Assembly: GCA_964016885.1 (NCBI GenBank)
Contig: OZ024759.1
Coordinates: 16,244,001-16,308,000, forward strand
Origin: Eledone cirrhosa
Lineage: Eukaryota
Direction of reading: 5' to 3'
DNA: 64,000 nucleotides
The notes beneath the pieces were generated by a model, which did not search any database, was not told the origin of the DNA, and saw nothing but the letters and a program-made list of their open reading frames with translations. The translations under genes and the position numbers were made by a program. Position 1 is the first letter of the stretch, and each line of letters begins with the position of its first letter. Positions 56,160-64,000 of this stretch are shown here, piece after piece.

Positions 56160-56429
56160 GGTTAGGAGGAGAAGGATGGATATAAATCTGTATTTTGAAG
56201 TGTCTGCTATATCTTATACTGTTTCTTTATCATTTCAGAATATCTGATGACACTGGGATAAATGAACTACACTATTGACATCAGCGTGATTTGAACTCAG
56301 AGCACAGACTACCAGAGTAAATACCGTAAAGCATTTCTATCTGTCATTCTGACTCTTTACTGGCTAAGAAATAAGAAATATAGAAGAAATATTTAAGAAT
56401 AAAGTATCAAAACAAAGAGAGGAAAAATT

Positions 56430-57074
56430 ATGGAAAATGAATTATGTGAGGGCAATTCTAAAATGGATGATTTTCCTGATGAGGTGTTGAAAGAAATAGG
56501 AAAAATATTCTATGACAGTGATATCTGTGAGAAGTCATTCACTCAAAAATATAGCCTAACAACTCATAAACGTATTCATACAACAGAGAAACTATATCAC
56601 TGTGATGTCTGTGGTAAATCGTTCTCTTAGTCTAATCATTTAACTAGTCACATACGTATTCATACGGGAGAGAAACCGTATCGGTGTGATATCTGTGGTA
56701 AAGCTTTCTCTGCACCTGGTACATTAGCTAAACACAAGCCCACTCATACAGGAGAGAAACTGTATCACTGTAATATCTGTAGTAAATCATTCTCTCAAAA
56801 ACATCACTTAACTAGTCACATATACATTCATAAAGCAGAGAAACCCTATCGCTGTGTTGTCTGTGGTGAACCATACTCTCGAAATGATGGCCTGGCTATT
56901 CACAAACAAAAGCATACAGGTGAGAACGCATATTACTGTGATGTTTGTGTTAAAGCATTCTCTCGTATAAATATTTTAACTAAACACAAGCATATAGATA
57001 CAGGAGAGAAACCATATCACTGTGATGTCTGTGGTAAATCGTTCTCACAAACATATAACTTCGCTATACTGTAA
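56430..57074 (+). pseudogene. C2H2 ZNF pseudogene, unit 4 (ATG intact, TAG at 56628)
   Basis: 66-aa track ORF 56430-56630 followed by in-frame fingers. Confidence 0.88.
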
Positions 57075-57964
57075 AGTAGTCATGTACGAGACACAGTAAG
57101 AAAGCTCCCAGTCCACACTGTAAAGTGGTCATGTAGGAGACACATTAAAAAGGCTCCCAGTCCACACTGTAAAGTGGTCATGTAGGAGACACGGTAAAAA
57201 GGCTCCCAGTCCACACTGTAAAGTGGTCATGTAGGAGACACAGTAAAAAGGCTCCCAGTCCACACTGTAAAGTGGTCATGTAGGAGTCACAGTAAAAAGG
57301 CTCCCAGTCCACACTTTTAAGTGGTCATGTAAGAGACACAGTAAAAAGGCTTCTAGTCCACAGTGTAAAGTAGTCGTGTAGGTGACACAGTAAAAAGGCT
57401 CCCAGTCCACACTGTAAAGTGATCATGTAGGAGACACAGTAAAATGGCTCCCTGTCCACACTGTAAAGTAGTCATGTACGAGACACAGTAAGAAAGCTCC
57501 CAGTCCACACTGTAAAGTGGTCATGTAGGAGACACATTAAAAAGGCTCCCAGTCCACACTGTAAAGTAGTCATGTAGGAGACACAGTAAAAAGGCTCCCA
57601 GTCCACACTGTAAAGTGGTCATGTAGGAGACACAGTAAAAAGGCTCCCAATCCACTGTAAAGTGGTCATATAGGAGACAGTAAAAAGGCTGCCAGTCCAC
57701 ACTTTAAGGTGGTCATGTAGGAGACACAGTAAAAAGGCTCCCAATCCACTGTAAAGTGGTCATATAGGAGACACAGTAAAAAGGCTGCCAGTCCACACTG
57801 TAAAGTGGTCATGTAGGAGACACAGTAAAAAGGCTCCTAGTCCACACTGTTAAGTAGTCATGTAGGTGACACAGTAAAAAGGCTCCCAGTCCACACTGTA
57901 AAGTAGTCATGTAGGAGACACGGTAAAAAGGCTCCCAGTCCACACTGTAAAGTGGTCATGTAGG
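57068..57964. repeat. 49-bp tandem satellite, ~18 monomers
   Basis: Same monomer; the variant order matches the unit-2 array minus about 4 monomers. Confidence 0.95.
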
Positions 57965-59490
57965 TGTTACAAAGAAATTAAAAACATGATCATTACTTAT
58001 TTGAACAGTAATACATCATTTTTTAACTAACAAACTTCAAATAAGTAACAATTGTGTTTTTAATTTCTTTCTTAGTCTCATATTGGTGATAAAAAAGCAT
58101 GAACTAATAATGTTTCTACTTTTGGCACAAGGCCAGCAATTACTCCAGTGCATAACTGGTGCTTTATTTTATCGACCCCATAAGGATGAAAGGCAAAGTT
58201 ACCCAGAACAACCTGGTTCTGAGATAATCTTTATTCAAATCTTGGATAATGGCAGGAATTAATTATTATAAATATATATATATATAACAGAGGATGTCTG
58301 TCTGTGTGTGTAAATCCCTAAAACACAAAAAGTACCCGACCAATTTTTTTCAAACTTTGCACATGCGCTACTTATATTTTTAACTTTTTATGCCCTACGA
58401 CCTGCATTAGGCGAAAAGCCGCATTTTAAATGCATTTTTAGGGTTTTGGGAAATTTTTCGAAATTTGCAGCACACATTTTTCGATTCCATTAATGGTTTT
58501 TAGGAAATTTACGAATTAGCATTGGACATTACATGCCATTTTCATTTTCAATATAAACACTACTTAAACATCGTAAGTAGCGTATATTTTGTTAAAAATT
58601 TTGTTTATTTAGCAGAGGACAGAATACTTACTTACTTTTAAGCAGGACCATTTTTGGGGGATTGAGGAAATGAGGAGGACCTTAAAATTTTTGTCGGGGC
58701 TTCGTCCTTTCATCACGTGCAAATCCGGGCCCTGTGTACGTTGCCGTGTTATTGACACCATAAAACTCACCTCTGTGCTACTTCTACTAAGACCCCTTTT
58801 GTTGCACCTACACTGCAGCATGAACAGTGGTTGTGCTAATTCTGCAGTGACCTCTTTTGTTGCTGTGTAAATGCAGTGCCACCCAGCATTTGTGCTAATT
58901 GCACTATGAACTCCCTTCTGCTGCAGCTGTGTTGCCACGCTGATTTTGTCATCTCAACATCCCTACGTGGTTTTCACACAATGGACTACGTCACTCCTTC
59001 AGACTGACATGTCTTCCCCATCCGTGACGTAATTCGTGAACAGACTTACAACATACATCGCTCCACAACACCTTCTTAATCCTTTCGCATACAGGATTTC
59101 CGCAATCAGCACACGGACACTGTTACTCCTGGATTCAGCCTGCATATGTTCCACGTTTCCAGTAGATGAACAATCATTCTCCGAGAATAAGGGATTTCAA
59201 AAAGTACACAGCTACATTCCTCAATCTTTGCATATGCATTTTGCTATTTCACGTTTCCTACCCCGTGCAACTCCGGGTCTTGCTGCTAGTATATATATAA
59301 TTCGTTTTTGAATTTGTTTTGCAAGATTTCTTATCTGAAAAAGTGTTGAACAGAGATTGTTATACTTTGGGAGACTCATGTTGTCAATAAAAACACACAC
59401 ACCTGTTGGTTTTCACTTCAATTTATTATAAATTTCCAGTTGGTTGATTGATTCGATAACTGGAAGGACAGAACAAAGGAGAGACAAACC

Positions 59491-59535
59491 TTGTCACTGA
59501 GGAGGTCACAGAATGTGACGAAAGAGCTTTGACAA
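59491..59535 (+). ncRNA. Hammerhead motif family A, unit 5
   Basis: As 14535-14579. Confidence 0.65.
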
Positions 59536-61740
59536 TATATATAAACAACCTTCCAGTTATTCAACCAACCAACCAGACATTTATAATAAATTGAAGTGAA
59601 GACCAACAGATGTGTGTGTTTTTATTGGCAATATGACCCTCCCATAGTATAACTATATATATATATATATATATAAATCTGAAATGATGTATCGGAGAAG
59701 TCAGGAAAATTAAACCTTGTGCATATCAACCCTGATGGGACTTGAACCCACAATCTTCGGCTCTGAAGGCTTATTATTATTATTTTAAAAAATTAAATAG
59801 GAAAGCGGGGTCTTTGGAGTGAGGTTACTCGATACAGTAGTGTGTAGTTTGGAGATGAGAGTCACTCCAGGTAGAGCTGCTACTTCTCCAAATTGAGAAA
59901 TCACAGCTCCAGTATTATGGGTATGTGGTTAGAATGTTTCAGGAAAGAATTGCTGGACATATTTACAGGCAAAACCAACCTCCTGGGGACCAAGGGACAG
60001 ACCCTAAGCAAGATGGTTGGATAACATCCATGAGCTTGGCTGATCTCGCTTGGGGATCCAGCAGGATCAATTGGAGACGGAAGTAGTGTTTGAGGACTCT
60101 ATCTCCATGACCCTCTCAGGAATAAATGGTCGAAGAAGAAAAAGAAGCAAAAATGTTTTAAATCATATGATTTAATATTAAAGAAAGTTGGTATACAGTA
60201 ATTTACAGATATTGCCAGAAATGTCATGTTCTCTGGCGAATATTTACGAAGATAACCAGGACTGCAAGTCTCTGCTTCAGATAAAATATTGAATTATTAT
60301 TATTTAATATATTTATTATACTTAGATATCAATCAATGTTGTAGAATTTGTATACATACATCATATGATGGCTGCCCCCTCGTTATCGAGTATGGCCATT
60401 GCACGAAAAAAAAAAAACAACACACATATTACTGCGCTGCAACCGAATGTGGCTTTTTAGCCAAGCCAATTATCTAAAATATCTTGCAGGGTTGGCAACC
60501 AAAACATTCACTGGTAACAGCCGGCTGTGGTTGGACTTCATGTACTTTTGCATGTCGTTTGAGCCCTTCTGCTGATCTACACTCTTTTCCACATGCTTGA
60601 CAGGTATGATGAGTAGCATCTCTGACAGCAGCCTGGTAGGCAACCACTGGTCTCACTTTATTAGAGCGAAGATGACTTTCGAGTCAAGCTTTGCTGAGGC
60701 AGAGTCTTGCACAGACGCTGCATGTCAGCGTCATAGAAGGACCTTTGTTGTCTGGAAATGTAACAGCAATGGCTTTCCTAACATCCCTTTTTACTTTCTC
60801 GTATGCGATTCGAGATGCTTCAAAAGCAACTTTCTCCTCATTTACACTCTTTCTCCATTTATTATGATCAGCAGCTACGCTTTCCCATGTATCAGCAGAG
60901 TTGTTAGCGTCTTTCAAGGAGGCTTTCAACAAATCCTTATACCTCTTTTTTGGTTTATGTGGAGGTCGTTTCCCTTTAACTAACTCTCCATAAAAAGAGT
61001 TCTTTTGGTATTCTAGAATCTTTAAGGTGGTGTCAATATGTGACCCAGGTCTCGCAGGCATAAAGAAGAGAAGAGAGCATACATGATTTGTACACCTTTG
61101 TCTTGCCAACCCCAGAGGCGCCTTTCTAGCTTTCCCAATCCTGAGTGGAATTTCATTATCAACATTGCTGTATTAATTGACAGTGCTTCCCAGGTAGACA
61201 AACTGATCAACCACTCTAAGTCGTTTACCATACACATAGATATTTCGTTCACTGTACTGCTTAGTGAGCATCTTATTTCCATGAGAATTCCGTTGGACAA
61301 AGGAAGGTATGCAACCCTGGTGAGTGTGTATACTCCAACTATGAATTCTGTTGATGAGGAAAAGTATCTTTCTACCATGCTTTGAAAGGTGTTATAAGAA
61401 ATATCCCTCAGGTAGACAAGGTAATCGTGCAGGGTGACATTAATGCTAGAGTGGGTACAGATTTTAACATGTGGACTGTATTCGGAAGGCTACAGCCAGC
61501 CATTCAGTTGAGAAAAAAATCTTATAAATAATAACATTATCAATAATTATTAATTAGTGTTATCATGCAATGCCCATGCGTGAAGATTTTCAAACATACA
61601 TATATATGCATACAGAGACCTGATTTGAGATAGAACTCATCAGATTGGACCAAGTCTTTCCCATTGTTAATACTATCTACAGGTTGCAACTCAACTCCGG
61701 TATATATGTTATCATAGAATGACTTTTGAAATAGGGACTG

Positions 61741-64000
61741 TTAGCCTTCAGTATGAGGACATACATGTTTAATTAAGTGACTTGTTTGAGAAAATGATTT
61801 ACCACAGATATCACAATGATATGGTCTCTCTCCTGTATGAATGTGTTTGTGTGTAGTCAAGTGACCTGATGCAGAGAAAGATTTACCACAGATATCACAA
61901 TGATATGGTTTCTCTCCAGTATGAATGCGTTTGTGTTTCGTTAAGATATCTGATACAGAGAAAGATTTACCACAGATATCACAGTGATATGGTTTCTCTC
62001 CTGTATGAATGCGTTTGTGTGTAGTCAAGTAACCTGATGTAGAGAAAGATTTACCACAGATATCACAATGATATGGTTTCTCTCCTGTATGAATGCGTTT
62101 GTGTTTAGTTAAGTCACTTGATGTAGAGGAAGATTTACCACAGATATCACAGTGATATGGTCTCTCTCCTGTATGACTACGTTTGTGTTTAGTCAAGTGA
62201 CCTGATACAGAGAATAATTTACCACAGATATCACAGTGATGTGGTTTCTCTCCCGTATGATTGCGTTTGTGTTTAGTTAAGTCACCTGATGCAGAGAATG
62301 ATTTACCACAGATATCACAGTGATATGGTTTCTCTCCTGTATGAATGCGCTTGTGTGTAGTCAAGTCACCTGATTTAGAGAAAGATTTACCACAGATATC
62401 ACAATGATATGGTTTCTCTCCTGTATGAATGCGCTTGTGTGTAGTCAAATGACCTGATTCAGAGAAAGATTTACCACAGATATCACAATGATATGGTTTC
62501 TCTCCTGTATGAATGCGTTTGTGTTTAGTTAAGTCACCTGATTGAGAGAAAGATTTACCACAGATATCACAATGATATGGTTTCTCTCCTGTATGAATGC
62601 GTTTGTGTGTAGTCAAGTAACCTGATGTAGAGAAAGATTTACCACAGATATCACAATTATATGGTTTCTCTCCTGTATGAATGCGTTTGTGTGTAGTCAA
62701 GTATCTTGATTTAGAGAAAGATTCACCACAGATATCACAGTGATATGGTTTCTCTCCTGTATGAATGCGTTTGTGTGTAGTCAAGTGACCTGATGCAGAG
62801 AAAGATTTACCACAGAATTCACAGTGATATGGTTTCTCTCCTGTATGAATGCATTTGTGTTTAGTCAAGTGACCTGATACAGAGAAAGATTTACCACAGA
62901 TATCACAATGATATGGTCTCTCTCCTGTATGAATGCGTTTGTGTTTAATTAAGACACCTGATGCAGAGAAAGATTTACCACAGATATCACAATGATATGG
63001 TTTCTCTCCTGTATGAATGCGTTTGTGTTTAGTTAAATCACTTGATGTAGAGGAAGATTTACCACAGATATCACAGTGATATGGTCTCTCTCCTGTATGA
63101 CTACGTTTGTGTTTAGTCAAGTGACCTGATACAGAGAAAGATTTACCACAGATATCACAGTGATGTGGTTTCTCTCCTGTATGAATGCGCATGTGTGTAG
63201 TCAAATGACCTGATTCAGAGAAAGATTTACCACAGATATCACAATGATATGGTTTCTCTCCTGTATGAATGCGTTTGTGTGTAGTCAAGTAACCTGATGT
63301 AGAGAAAGATTTACCACAGATATCACAATTATATGGTTTCTCTCCCGTATGAATGCGTTTGTGTGTAGTCAAATGACCTGATTCAGAGAAAGATTTACCA
63401 CAGATATCACAATGATATGGTTTCTCTCCTGTATGAATGCGTTTGTGTTTAGTTAAGTCACCTGATGTAGAGAAAGATTTACCACAGATATCACAATGAT
63501 ATGGTTTCTCTCCTGTATGAATGCGTTTGTGTTTAGTCAAGTAACCTGATTTAGAGAAAGATTTACCACAGATATCACAGTGATATGGTTTATCTCCTGT
63601 ATGAATGCGTTTGTGACTAGTCAAATCACTAGATACAGAGAAAGATTTACCACAGATATCACAATGATATGGTTTCTCTCCTGTATGAATGCGTTTGTGT
63701 CTAGTTAAGCCACTTGATACAGAGAATGATTTACCACAGATATTACAGTGATATGGTTTCTCTCCTGTATGAATGCGTTTGTGCCTAGGTAAGTCCCTTC
63801 GTCTACAGAAAGATTTACCACAGATATCACAGCAATGTGGTCTCTCTCCTGTATGAATGCGTTTGTGTCTAGTTAATTCAGCTAATATAGAGAATGATTT
63901 ACCACAGATATTACAGTGATATGGTTTCTCTCCTGTATGAATGCATTTATGTTTAGTTAAACTACCTGATGCAGACAATTTACCACAGACATCACAATGA
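61741..64000 (-). CDS. Tandem C2H2 zinc-finger protein, copy 5 (at least 27 fingers, runs off the window)
   Basis: 745+ aa open frame of 28-aa repeats that shares diagnostic fingers with copy 3. Confidence 0.85.
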   Translation of the reverse strand, partial: HCDVCGKLSASGSLTKHKCIHTGEKPYHCNICGKSFSILAELTRHKRIHTGERPHCCDICGKSFCRRRDLPRHKRIHTGEKPYHCNICGKSFSVSSGLTRHKRIHTGEKPYHCDICGKSFSVSSDLTSHKRIHTGDKPYHCDICGKSFSKSGYLTKHKRIHTGEKPYHCDICGKSFSTSGDLTKHKRIHTGEKPYHCDICGKSFSESGHLTTHKRIHTGEKPYNCDICGKSFSTSGYLTTHKRIHTGEKPYHCDICGKSFSESGHLTTHMRIHTGEKPHHCDICGKSFSVSGHLTKHKRSHTGERPYHCDICGKSSSTSSDLTKHKRIHTGEKPYHCDICGKSFSASGVLIKHKRIHTGERPYHCDICGKSFSVSGHLTKHKCIHTGEKPYHCEFCGKSFSASGHLTTHKRIHTGEKPYHCDICGESFSKSRYLTTHKRIHTGEKPYNCDICGKSFSTSGYLTTHKRIHTGEKPYHCDICGKSFSQSGDLTKHKRIHTGEKPYHCDICGKSFSESGHLTTHKRIHTGEKPYHCDICGKSFSKSGDLTTHKRIHTGEKPYHCDICGKSFSASGDLTKHKRNHTGEKPHHCDICGKLFSVSGHLTKHKRSHTGERPYHCDICGKSSSTSSDLTKHKRIHTGEKPYHCDICGKSFSTSGYLTTHKRIHTGEKPYHCDICGKSFSVSDILTKHKRIHTGEKPYHCDICGKSFSASGHLTTHKHIHTGERPYHCDICGKSFSQTSHLIKHVCPHTEG

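Overview
This is AT-rich, microsatellite-rich animal DNA, most likely from a coleoid cephalopod (octopus-like). That call is inferred from the [17 protein letters not shown] finger consensus and the SINE/RTE repeat types. The whole window is a head-to-tail segmental tandem array of about 4.4 copies of a 14-15.5 kb unit, with boundaries near 13311, 28755, 44109 and 58267. Each unit carries a minus-strand C2H2 zinc-finger array (17, 37, 30, 17 and at least 27 intact fingers) that behaves like an 84-bp coding minisatellite with shuffled recognition helices. Each complete unit also carries a divergently oriented 7-finger ZNF pseudogene truncated by a SINE-derived 49-bp satellite. The rest is decayed RTE-clade LINEs, tRNA-derived SINE pieces, non-autonomous Helitrons and Penelope-like remnants with three distinct families of hammerhead ribozyme motifs. 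Units differ by diagnostic insertions and deletions, including one clean Helitron insertion with empty sites in the paralogues, and show a ~29.6 kb higher-order repeat with patchwork exchange. Coordinates were read by eye, so repeat boundaries are approximate.
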